NCBI RefSeq assembly: GCF_018350175.1
Contig: NC_058368.1
Location: 200,882,001-200,946,000 of the forward strand
DNA from: Felis catus
Lineage: Eukaryota
Direction: 5' to 3'
DNA length: 64,000 nucleotides
Made by a program: the position numbers and the translations under genes. The notes beneath the pieces were generated by a model. The model was not told the origin of the DNA. It did no database searches and was given only the letters and a program-made list of their open reading frames with translations. Below, piece after piece: positions 53,083 through 64,000 of the stretch. Position 1 is the stretch's first letter. Each line of letters opens with the position of its first letter.

Positions 53083-53315
53083 ATTTTTTATATATTTTTC
53101 TTAATTTTTTAACGTTTATTTATTAGAGAGAGAGAGAGACAGACAGAGCATGAGAAGGGGAGGGGCAGAGAGAGGGGGAGACACAGAATCTAAAGCAGGC
53201 TCCAGGCTCCCAGCTGTCAGCACAGAGCCCGACACGGGGCTCGAACTCACAAACTGTGAGATCATGACCTGAGCTGAAGTCAGATGCTCAACCAACTGAG
53301 CCACCCAGGCGCCCC
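53083..53315 (-). mobile_element. Can-SINE (felid type)
   Basis: TSD tctaaaggatttttt at 53068-53082 and 53316-53330. Confidence 0.97.
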
Positions 53316-54002
53316 TCTAAAGGATTTTTTAACTTTTTAAAAAACAATTTTTAAAACACAGGGTTAATATATATGCCCTTTAAAATTATATAACTAACCA
53401 GAAATTATAGTCAGAAATATAGATAAACAGAAATAAAAAATAAACAAAATATAAACCAATATATGCTACGTTAGCTGGCATTCTACACTAAAAAGTCATA
53501 TAAGGAAGTAAGGCTAGTTGTCTTTCTTAAAAAAGACCTAATGACATTTAGAAAAGTCTTTTCTGGTGGGAGGCTTACTCATCACTAGATTTCCTACTGA
53601 TATTAGTTTATATTTAAAGGAGCATTTTGCTATAATCCTTTTTCAAACACACATGAATGGTCACAAACTGTTGAAAATGGGAAAAATCCCTCTTTTCAAA
53701 ATTAATTTCAAAACTAATTTACATTTAGGCTATAATTCAGACTGGCTTGTAGTAACACAGGCTGAAAATAAACAGCTCTATTTTTCTATAAATTGAATAA
53801 ATTTTTATAAATCGAAGAAAGGTTTGCATCTATAGTTTATTAAATAATGATAAACTAAAGTAAATGTCACATTCTAGATAATCTTATCAGTCATCAGTGA
53901 CCATGTCATTTATTAGTGAACCAATATTAAATAATACTGAATAAAAGGGCAAAGTTAAGAAAAGTATGCTGGTAAAAAATATTTAACTATCATTATGAGT
54001 TT

Positions 54003-54219
54003 AGGAGAATCTGGGTGGGTGAGACAATTAAGTGTCTGAGTCTTGATTTCTGCTCAGGCCATGATCTCTTGGTTCAGGAGATCCAGCCCAGCGCCCTGAC
54101 AGCACGGAGCCTACGTGGGACTCTCTCTCACTCCTCTCTCTCTCTCTCTCTCTCTCTGCCCCTCCCTCCAGTTGCATGCATGCTCTCTTTCAAAATAAAT
54201 AAATAAAAATTTAAAAAAA
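54003..54219 (+). mobile_element. Can-SINE, diverged
   Basis: TSD attatgagttt at 53992-54002 and 54220-54230; (CT)n and tail. Confidence 0.92.
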
Positions 54220-54426
54220 ATTATGAGTTTGACTGCATGAATTTAAAATTAAAATGATTTGCTTCAAAGAAAAAATAAGCAGTATTGATTTTGAAAACTA
54301 GAAAGAAATATTATCTTAAATCATGGGAAAAAATAAGGAAAAAATTTCATAAATTTTGCAAATATGTTAAAATATTACCTGGATCAGGCACAACAAAGTC
54401 TTCTTAAAACAAAGCATGATGTAGTT

Positions 54427-54617
54427 CAGAGGTTGGAAAACCTTCTGTTAGGGGACAAATACTTATTATCTCTTCTTATATCTACTCAATTCTGCCATAG
54501 GTAAGAAGCCATGACAATGTGTCAATAAATGGGCATATCCATGTTTCAATAAAACTTTTTTACAAGAATAAGGAAAGTCTGAATTTGACCCAACAGCTGC
54601 AGTATTCTGACCTATGA
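54427..54617. mobile_element. MER58A (hAT-Charlie) MITE, diverged
   Basis: cagaggttggaaaacc...ctactcaattctgcca...aatgggcat...tgtttcaataaaactt...atttgaccc...gacctatg matches MER58A as recalled. Confidence 0.7.
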
Positions 54618-55892
54618 TATAACTGATTCTTCTTGGAATAAAATGAATGAACCCAATGATAACTGAAAAACTTCAGTGTCAATTTACTGTTTGCTCTTAA
54701 TATGGAAACAGAAAGAACTATCAGGGTTTCTTCAACATTTGTACTTCACACTAGGCAATTACATTACTTAATATTTAAAATGATGATATGAGAACTACTA
54801 AGCTCTTTCTCAGCTTTTGAAGAGACTCGTTCTATTTAACCAGTTCTATCTTTTCAAATATCCAGGTTTGGATGAAACCACAAAAAGGATGGACAATGAG
54901 TAAAGAAACCAGTGATTCTGAAGCTCCAAAAGCAATGGAAAGAGAATCCTGGAAGGACAGGAATGAGCCAGTACAAGCAAATTTACGAACAAGAGTGTGC
55001 ACAGGTTAGTGAGTGGTACAGAAAGCTACCAGAGAACAAGCACATAATTTACTATCTCCTCCTTGGGTCTCTGAGTTAGTAACATAAAGCCCTTAAGAAA
55101 TCATCTTCTCTGGTCCTTTGACTTCAGACAAATGGATGTCTCAACAATTGATGACAGAGAGTTGAGGACTCCAAAACTCTCTGGGGATTTAACAAGTTTG
55201 GAGAAAGAACCGCAGAAGAAACCCACTGGAATATAAGCCTCAGGGGTTTGAAAGAGTTAATGATCATCATATGATCTCAACATATTACCCAGGAATGACA
55301 AGTATATTTGACAAGTGTGCTAGGGAGAATTGGACTCCCTGGTTGTCAGCTATTCTTATGCTTTCATTAGGATTTTTTCTACATCTTTTTTCCCCTTAAA
55401 AACCAATTCCCTGTCCTTCATTATAATAGGTTGAAAATGTAATATAATTACTCCGGCATAATACAGTTCAATTATAATATTTGCTAAGAAACTTCAATGC
55501 CATCTTTTCTCTCCTAACATACACTGACACACTTCAAGGGAAATTACTTTGAAGCGTCTAAGATGGCTACTTTAAAACATTAAAACAAAGGTGAGCTTTG
55601 TCTATAATTAGCACTTCACTACCTATTTCTAATTAAGATATAGAAAAGTGGATACAGAGTATAGGTGACTATAGTAGTCAAGTAAAATCATGCTTGTTTG
55701 ACTTTTATTGCTGAAACGGAGACAACAAATAACTATATCAAGACAACAGACTTAAGCAGCACATATGGATATGTGGCCACTCTCCTTCAAGTTGAAGAGG
55801 GCGATGACTCCATATACTTGGGTGACCTACACATGCAGCAGAAGAAAGATTATTTAAGAGTAAGCAGTGAAAAATGTAAAATTTTGTTTTCT

Positions 55893-55924
<32 letters not shown>

Positions 55925-57205
55925 ATATATATTACTATATATATTTATTGTAAGAGATGTGATATAGTAACATCGGTATCCAATTAATTACAATTTGTAT
56001 GGAAAATATGTTACATTATCTATGTAAATAATCAGTAACTTATAACCTATATACATAGTAAAGGCATTAAGAATGTTTGTCTTATGCAAAAGCATGTAAT
56101 TAATATTCAACATACAAGAATAAAATATTTATTTGTATTAGTTAATTTGAAGTATTCAATTTGAGAAGAATGTCATAGGAGAAATTCTTTACTAGAAAGT
56201 GAATGGACTAGAATAGAAATCTCTTCAGTGAGATTTTATCATAAACCATTGCATCTGTTGCCTATAAGAAAGCTCAAAAGTCTGGTCACTGCCAGAGACC
56301 CTATTCCCCATGGGTTACAAGATGCATTTCTGTGAGCAGAATTCATAGTAGTGCTGTGTCTCAACCATATGTACACCTTATGGCAGGACCACCTGTTGTT
56401 AGTTCTGGAGCAGAAACTTTAGTCTAACCTTCTGCTTGATGCTTTACATTTTTTCACATTCACCCAATTCTTCTAGAAAGACCTGTTTTCTATAAACAGT
56501 TACAAGACCCTTACAAAGAGCACCAGCTTTAGGGAGTGTATTATAGTTGCTTAATTTCTGAAAGTTCAGGTCACTCTATTCGTTGTATACCCAATCCTTA
56601 ATAACAGGTTTTAAAAAAGTAAAAAAGCAAGTAAATACACAGACTTTATGGGCTAAACATTGTTTTTTCTGGTGTAGTTTTAAACCCTCTATATCAGCAT
56701 TACTCGTGCTTATTTAAAATGCAGGTTCCTTTGGAAATTCTTCTGAGATTTGGATTAATTAGGTCTGGGCAATTCTCATATATGTTGATATTTGAGAATA
56801 ATTTGGATGATTTTGTGGAGAAATCAGAACTGGGGTGAACCAGGTGAAGACTGTTCTGAATAAGCAGAAAAGAAGAAAAATCTGGTTAGGTTTACAGAAG
56901 CTTAAGCTGTAATATGGATAAGACTCAAAACAGGCAATAATGGTGAGATAGCCTGGCTGGAGTAGAAGGTTCATGTTAGAAACTGTAAGAAATGATGTAA
57001 AGAGGGTCAAGTTCTAGAAGGAAATCTACACCAGGCAGAGGAGTGTAGTGTGTCAACAGAGGCCAGCATAATAAAATTGGTCCTGAGGAATATCAACTCC
57101 ATAGTTCTATATAGGACAGTTTGAAGACACAAGTACCAATGAAAGGGACATAAGGAGATGATGTTTCAGTAATTCAGGTGGAGGCTGACAATGACTTTAA
57201 GTAGG

Positions 57206-57365
57206 CAGAATCAACTACTTAGTTTGTAAGCCCACTGCAAAATGAATGGGGAGCCCCATGCTCAAAACTTACAAAAATTTCAAGACAGTGACAGCAGATA
57301 GAAGGCTTTCTAAATGTAGGTCTTTCCTAATTGTGGGCCCCTGCGTGTCCATGAAGCAGGTGCTG
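57206..57365. mobile_element. MER45A (hAT-Tip100) MITE
   Basis: cccactgcaaaatgaa...aatttcaagacagtgacagcaga...ccatgaagcaggtgctg; degenerate 8-bp TSD taagtagg/tgagtaga. Confidence 0.7.
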
Positions 57366-57783
57366 TGAGTAGAGTATGACATAATGTTACCACAAAATGG
57401 GGGGGTTGAGAGTTAAATTCAGCTTTCATATAGGTATTGTTGATGAATAAAATGTAAAGTTTTGATGTAAATAAAATGTGAATTTCTCTTTTACATGAGT
57501 TATATTACCTAAGTACTCCAGCTATTGGGAGCATGGAGGTGTGCGCAGTCTTATAGTGTCAATTCACTGGCACTGGCGAGATGAGGGAAATCAGGAGCTA
57601 TTGTAAAGGAAGACGTAATGCTAGATATAAGGCTTCAAGAAAAGGAATTGGGGATGGTAAGTATACAGTTTTCTAGTCTTAGTAATTTGACCAAAAAATT
57701 GGTTGGAGGAAAAAAATGTAAATTTGCTACTATTTATTTTGGACTTGAAATCTGAGAATTGTACTCATTTAAAAAATTCCTGT

Positions 57784-57974
57784 GTGGTGCAGAAGCTTTT
57801 TATCTTGATCGGGGGGCGGGGAGGGGAAAGTGGGTGATGTGCATTGAGGAGGGTGCACTTGTTGGGATGAGCACTGGGTGTTGCATGTAAGCCATTTTGA
57901 CAATAAATTATATTAAAAAATTAAAACCTTAAAAAAAATAAAAATAATACAAATAAAAAACCCAAAAATGCTAA
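57784..57974 (+). mobile_element. Short felid L1 insertion with an inverted 5' segment
   Basis: 3'UTR end similar to the L1 at 49830-49930; 5' part is antisense ORF2; TSD aaaaaattcctgt at 57771-57783 and 57975-57987. Confidence 0.88.
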
Positions 57975-58034
57975 AAAAAATTCCTGTAAGTAGTTGGAGC
58001 CATGAGACCAAAGGCTGGTAAGAGATGAAGATTA

Positions 58035-58100
58035 TATAGAGATATAGATATAGATATTGATAAAGATATAGATACTGATATCTATAGATATACAGATATA
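58035..58100. repeat. (GATATA)n degenerate repeat
   Basis: Directly visible. Confidence 0.8.
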
Positions 58101-58371
58101 TTCAGACATTAGGATCACATCTATAAAAATGAGAGTGGAAGTAAGAAAGGTGATTTCTCTATCAAAAGGGAAAATTAGATGCTTCAATCAAAAAGGTGAA
58201 TCTACACATAAAAGAAGGCTCTTGGAAGCAAGGCCATGCTTAAACTAACTTATGGAGGAGGTGCACCTAGTCTTGGCAGCCTCCCATATCCTATATCCTG
58301 CACTCTTTCTGGTACTCTGTACCAGGTGATATCTTTTAGTCTCCACAGCACCTCCTAACCTAAAATGCCCC

Positions 58372-58372
58372 C

Positions 58373-58411
<39 letters not shown>
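58372..58411. repeat. (CA)n microsatellite
   Basis: Directly visible. Confidence 0.95.
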
Positions 58412-58412
<1 letters not shown>

Positions 58413-58792
58413 CTCACTCTGACTGCCATCTAGTTTCAGCAAATCCTTGCTGAGGCATTAACTCACAAAACCAAAGACTGAAGTGTTACCTGAAGAGATT
58501 AGTGTGTGAATGTTCTCACCTTACATTTTGACAGAAGTCTCCTAAAACTCCAATATCCACTATCTGAACCCAAGGAATGGAGCTTTAACACTGTTGGTGT
58601 TCACAGGGGGCCTTGGGTCCTCCCTCAGATTACTTCAATGAAGGGTAATTGTCTTTGTTCACAAGGCCAGTTTAGCCTGGATGTGTCAATATTCATGTCA
58701 ATATACTGTCAATATACTGTCATGTTTGTCTTCTTAAGGCCATAACCTGAAGACACACGTTTTGTTAGGGTTGAGAAGAAATAATTTAAGTG

Positions 58793-59080
58793 TTCATTCA
58801 AGTATTAATTGGGTGGTTCTATGTGGCAGGTCATGTGATATGTCCAGGGTCTCCAACAGCAAATAAGAGGCATGAGTTTATGTCCTACTGGGAAAAGATA
58901 AAAAAGGAAAGAGGGCATTTCTGTACACCGTGATAAACTGATAGTTTATTTGAAGGCTGTTATGGAGCATCAGAGAAGAATACCTAATCCAGCCTGAAGT
59001 GGAAATGAAGGGCAGGAGCCAATCAGAATGGGCTTCTAAAAGGAGGCAGGATCCAAACTGATGTCAAAATTTCTGTCCAG
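58793..59080 (-). mobile_element. L2 3' end (L2c-like)
   Basis: ttcattcaagtatt...ctatgtggcagg...tatggagcatcagagaagaatacctaatccagcctg. Confidence 0.65.
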
Positions 59081-59782
59081 GAGTCAGTCAATGGTGGGAT
59101 TTACTGCTGTAATTACCTCCGTGTCTCTCTAAGACTACTCACTCAAATTCTTCAGGCAAAATTAAGTAGTACTTAGAACAAACACACTACAGAGCTTCCT
59201 TCTCCTGATTACCTTTCTTTCTGCCTTTGATTTCCTCTTTCCTGAGACTGAGCTATTTGTTCCAACACTCAGTCCATTTCTTTGGGAGCCGGTTCCTTTG
59301 AATATTTTTATGTGCCAGTGTCTTCCCTTTCAGTCAAATTCCCACTGCTTAATCTTTTTAACCAATCCAGTCATCTTATCACTGGTATCTCAGTATGATA
59401 GGAATTTAAAACTTATTTACATTGTTTGAATTTAGTAAAAGCATCATGACTATGTTATGGAATACAGAATGGATTATTAGCACTTCATGAATTTCAACAT
59501 AAAAGTGAAGCATTCTAAATGTTGTAGTCTTACCAGCTTATTAGTATAACATTCTTTCTTCTAAGTAAAATGTAGTCTAGTTTTAATATGAAGTTGGCCT
59601 ATCTACCTCTACTGACATTTTAAAAATTTACCTCATAGTGATATACTTTACAAAGCTTAAGTTATTCAATCAGTTTTACATTATTATAAGAATTAACACT
59701 TTCTGTGGGTTTATTATGTGCCAGGAAGGATCCCAAGCACATTATGGGTATTATTTCCTTTGATATTTGCATTAGAGATTAA

Positions 59783-60131
59783 TGTTATGAACTGAATGAT
59801 TAGGTTCTCTCAAATTCATTTGTTGAAACTCTCAATATGGTGGTATTTGGAGGTGAGGACTTTAGGAGATAATTAGGTATAGGAGGTCACAGGAGTGGAG
59901 TTCTATGATATAATTAGTGTCCTTTTAAGAGCCCAAGCTTCCTCTCTCTCCCTGTCTGCCATAGGAGGACACAGAGAGAAGGCAGCCATCTGTAAGTCAA
60001 GAAGAGAGCCCTCAGCACAGTCCAGCCATGCTGACTCCCTGATCTCAGATGTCCAGACTATGAAAAATAAATGTCTTTTGTTTAAGCCAGTCTGTGATAA
60101 TTTGTTATAGCAGCCTGTGCAGACTAAGACA
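59783..60131 (+). mobile_element. MaLR solo LTR (MLT1A-like), full length
   Basis: TG...CA termini (tgttatgaactgaat ... gactaagaca), aataaa signal, 5-bp TSD attaa/attca. Confidence 0.9.
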
Positions 60132-61069
60132 ATTCATATATTTTAAGATTTGCCCTAAAGAAGACAATATTATCTTTTTGCCTTTCTTTCTCTATCCCTC
60201 ATTTTCTATGCCTTTAGAACAGAGACAACAAAAATCTCCTAATGAGGATTCTGTGTGAGAATTAAATAAGTACACATAAACTGTTTAGAACTGTGCCTGG
60301 TTTATTAAAAAAAAAAATCCACCCCAAGCAGCTAAAAAAAATAGGCAAAAGGAGAGCTTCAATTTCCTACTTTTCATGGCCAAAGAAGTCCCAGGAATTA
60401 AACCCCAGAATGATTCTGTTAGCTACATTGTTTTGGTATAATTTTCAATTTTATGTTCACATTTTCACTTAAAAGTGGTTCTGAATATTTATTATTTATT
60501 TTAGATTATGAACTCATAGAGGTCAGAGCTTTTACTTAAGCAGCTCTATACAGAACTCTGAATTGACTCATGAATATGTAGTGTTTAAATACTACTTGAG
60601 AGCAATTGCATCTATGCTTGCTGTATATCACAAGAAAGGAAGCTCCGATCTATAACACCTACATTACAGCGTGAATTATGTCGATCTGGTAAAACAAATA
60701 GGAAGAGTGACTGAGAGTGCCTGTAGACCAGAAAGCTTTCTTTTCTTCAGAAGACAAACTTTCTACAAAAAGGAGTTCTGGAGATTCAAGATCCTTTTAC
60801 GTAGGTATGGCAAGATTTATAATGCGTTAAAACACTTGGAGAGCATATTTTAGAAAGCATTTATTTCAGCCCTAACATGTGATCTCTATCTATTTGACCA
60901 GAGAAAAGACCAATAGAGGAAGAACCCATCTGTATTTTTTTATAATTTGATTCTTTCCACTCTTTATAAGAGTCTTTTAAAACCAAACCAGGCTATTGAG
61001 AAATGTGGATAAAGTCAAAGCTTGAAATGCTTTAAGTCTTTTTGTTTGATTCATTATACCCCTAATATT

Positions 61070-61750
61070 CTTTTTATATGGAGATACAATTTACACACAG
61101 TAAAATATCCAGATTTTAAGTGATTGTTTAATAAATTGTAAGAAATTTGTGCAACTATGTAACCATCACTCAAACCACCCCAGATTTCCATCACTCCTCC
61201 TTCATTGCTATTGATATCAGTCTCCCCACTTCATATGTGCTAGGAAACCACTTTCTGGTTATCTATTGTCATGTACTAATTTTACACATTCTAGTATTTT
61301 CTATAAATGGAAATCAACAAACAGCACTGTTTTGTATCTGGGTTCTTTCACTCAGCACATTATTTTTGAGATTCACTCCAAAAAATGAGAATATGAGTAG
61401 TTCATTTTTTTATGACTGAGTTCCATTTTATAAACATACCATAATTTTTTAATTAGTTTTCTAGAGCTTTTGAGCTGTTTTCCAGTTCTAGGCTATTATG
61501 AGTAAAGGGACTATGAGCATTTATAGTGTGCATGTATGTTTTAATTTTTCTTAATTAAATATCAGTGAACTCTCTGTGTCACAAGTTACTTGTATGTTTT
61601 ACTTCATAAAAAAACAGGCAGTTTTCCAATGTTGCTGAATCATAAACTCCTAGCATCATATGAGAGTTTTTGGTGTTCCACCAAAACATTTAGTATTGTA
61701 GCTTTTTAATTATAGCTATTCTAGTGGATATGAAGTGGTATCTTATTAGT
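61070..61750 (-). mobile_element. Old L1 (MB-ME) 3' region
   Basis: gagatacaatttacacacagtaaaa...ctttcactcagcacattatttttgagattca...ctattctagtggatatgaagtggtatctt. Confidence 0.8.
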
Positions 61751-62072
61751 TTTTCCATCTTTTACTAGAATAGAACATGAATTCTTGCCTTCAAAACTTG
61801 TTCTTTTTTTCTCTTTAACTCCTTTTTGATAAATCCCAGCATAACATAATATATTTTAAGTTCTATGATTGCACTAATACACAAATTTCACTCTCTTCTA
61901 TATGACTGTGTTTATCTTTTGAGTTGAAGCTTTCCATTCAGGCATTATGTTTAAAGATGTTTTTCATTATTGTTACATTGGGAAAGCTTAAGGAAAAATG
62001 TTTTTTTCTATTTTGAAACTACATGATTAATGTCTCCTGGATGTTTTACTTTGTTTAAATGCCCAGTTTTTA

Positions 62073-62298
62073 TTTTTTTTAAAAAAATTTTTTTTCAACG
62101 TTTATTTATTTTTGGGACAGAGAGAGACAGAGCATGAACGGGGGAGGGGCAGAGAGAGAGGGAGACACAGAATCGGAAACAGGCTCCAGGCTCCGAGCCA
62201 TCAGCCCAGAGCCCGACGCGGGGCTCGAACTCACGGACCGCGAGATCGTGACCTGGCTGAAGTCGGACGCTTAACCGACTGCGCCACCCAGGCACCCC
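62073..62298 (-). mobile_element. Very young SINEC_Fc-type SINE
   Basis: CpG-intact; perfect TSD taaatgcccagttttta at 62056-62072 and 62299-62315. Confidence 0.97.
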
Positions 62299-62568
62299 TA
62301 AATGCCCAGTTTTTAAAATGGAGTTTTAAAAACTTATGAAAAAATTAGATGCATCAAATCTGATCCTGTAAATGCAGAGGTTATAATTGATTATAATATG
62401 ACAAATAGCAAAAGTATTATGATTAGATTTGAGACTCATTTGTTAAAGAAAGATGATGGAAAAAGGAGAAAAATGTCCTATTTGGTACAAATCATAAATA
62501 TCAATAAGAAAAACCACAAAGAACCCCTAAATTCACCAGTTTTTTTAAAAAATCACCTAACTAGTAAA

Positions 62569-62751
62569 CATGGTTGCCAGATTTAGTAAGTAAAAATATA
62601 AGACTCCAAATTAAATTTGAATTTCAGATAAACAATAGTTTTTTTGAGTATAAGCTTGTCTTATGAATATTTGGGTCATACTCATATTGAACATGTATTT
62701 GCTGTTCACTCATCTTGAACTAGGTATCCTGTATTTTATCTGGTAACTCTA
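62569..62751. mobile_element. MER53 (hAT) palindromic MITE
   Basis: ggttgccagatttag...taaatttgaatttcagataaacaa...tcctgtattttatctggtaactcta; degenerate 8-bp TSD ctagtaaa/ccagtaat. Confidence 0.85.
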
Positions 62752-63704
62752 CCAGTAATATAAATATAAGTTAAATTCATTTAAAACCATGGTTTTATTA
62801 AGCAAAACACTTCTTCAGGGAATTATTCTCTACCCTCTCAAGAATAATCCTCCCTGTGTAACACAGAATCCTGGTCCTACTTGTTAGGACACATTACGAA
62901 TGACATCACTGTTTATCATTTCATACTCTGAGAAGGGAAAATTATGTTAAAACAATTGATGGAGATTTGGTAACATTTCAGCATTAATTGCCCTGAACAT
63001 AAACTGTATTTGCCTGCGTATAAAACTCAAAAGTTCTCTTATACAATTTTCTAGAAAAAAGTGAGATGGCTGTGTCTGTCTTTTTGTTTTGTTTTGTTTT
63101 GTTTTTATTTCACATGTAACTCACCTATGGCAATGCTCATCCAAAAATAAGAAAATGCTTGCTTCACAAGGCAATACCTAATCTACATCACATCCAAGAG
63201 AAAATATTATGAGGGTAAGGCTAGTGTTCATATATCACACAGATTCTCATGTTTTAAGTACAGAACGGCACAGGTTGATCTCACTAGATTGTTTAGTTAG
63301 AATATATCCATCAAATTCGCCCAAGTGATAGCCCAAAAATTGGATTTATATTTTTTCCTCTATTCTATGATTTCTCAAATCAAGAGAGGGACTGAATAAA
63401 TTTATAATGTCTCCAGCTGATTCATCCATTATTCAGCCCAAGAAAATATATGGGATGGTACCATATAAATATGCTACATACCATATCAGTGAAGCCTTCC
63501 TGGATGAGATGTTTCACTTTCTCTGCTTTCCCTAAATACATCTGTCAAGGCACTTTAATAGCAATTAGTTTTTTACATGTCCGTCGTCCCCTACTAAACT
63601 ATGAACCCAAGCACTCCCATTTACCAAAGCTTAGCACAGATAGTTAGCCTTAACTAAATAAAACATCTGTTGAATAAATGAGTACACAATTTAAAATAAT
63701 TATG

Positions 63705-63932
63705 GTAATAACACGTGCCATTTAGTGAGATCTTACCATGTGCCAGGTAACATGCTAACTTGGTAAAATGGATCAGTTTGCTTTCTTCTCACAACCTAAT
63801 AATGTAGCCACTATATACTTAACAGATAAAGATGCCAAGACTTGAAGCAGTTAGTCAATGACAGAGCTGGTATTTGAACTAAAATCCTTTTGTTTCCAGA
63901 GCTGAGAATACAGCTCTTAGCCACAATACTGC
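63705..63932 (-). mobile_element. MIR SINE
   Basis: ttaccatgtgccagg...tctcacaaccta...acagataaaga...cagagctggtatttgaact...ctcttagccac. Confidence 0.7.
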
Positions 63933-64000
63933 CCCTCTTAGCCACACTGCCTGTTGTTAGTCTCCCCATCCTGCCTTTTATCAGCTGCATGGTGTTGGGC

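Noticed and set aside
1784..62298. tRNA-like A-box and B-box sequences
   Set aside because: All are heads of tRNA-derived SINEs followed by CT tracts, A-tails and TSDs; no cloverleaf tRNA gene is supported.
3132..62339. Many ORFs with MAQSVKR/AQVMIS/SLEPASDSVSPSLS or PGWRSRLSVRLQPG peptides
   Set aside because: These are translations of Can-SINE copies, not a gene family.

Overview
AT-rich, repeat-dense mammalian non-coding DNA, almost certainly felid (domestic cat or a close relative). The assignment rests on about 20 tRNA-derived Can-SINEs, including young SINEC_Fc-type copies, and felid-type L1 3' ends. I recognise no host protein-coding exon, RNA gene, CpG island, prokaryotic feature or CRISPR array. 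The supplied ORFs are artefacts of SINEs, microsatellites and AT-rich sequence, except one L1 ORF2p C-terminal remnant (49509-49722). The window is an intergenic or deep-intronic mosaic of SINEs, young and ancient L1, L2, MIR, MaLR LTRs and DNA transposons (Tigger-like, MER5A, MER45A, MER53, MER58A, MADE2). Repeat family names come from recalled consensus features, not from a database search. I found no new biological system. The most noteworthy structures are: an unexplained 51-bp inverted repeat pair (45997-46668); a nested fold-back palindrome (23487-23621); a tiny 5'-inverted (twin-primed) L1 (57784-57974); a CpG-retaining Tigger-like element with both ends intact (12251-12888); and two repeat-free motif clusters that resemble developmental enhancers (near 18340 and 31890-32220).
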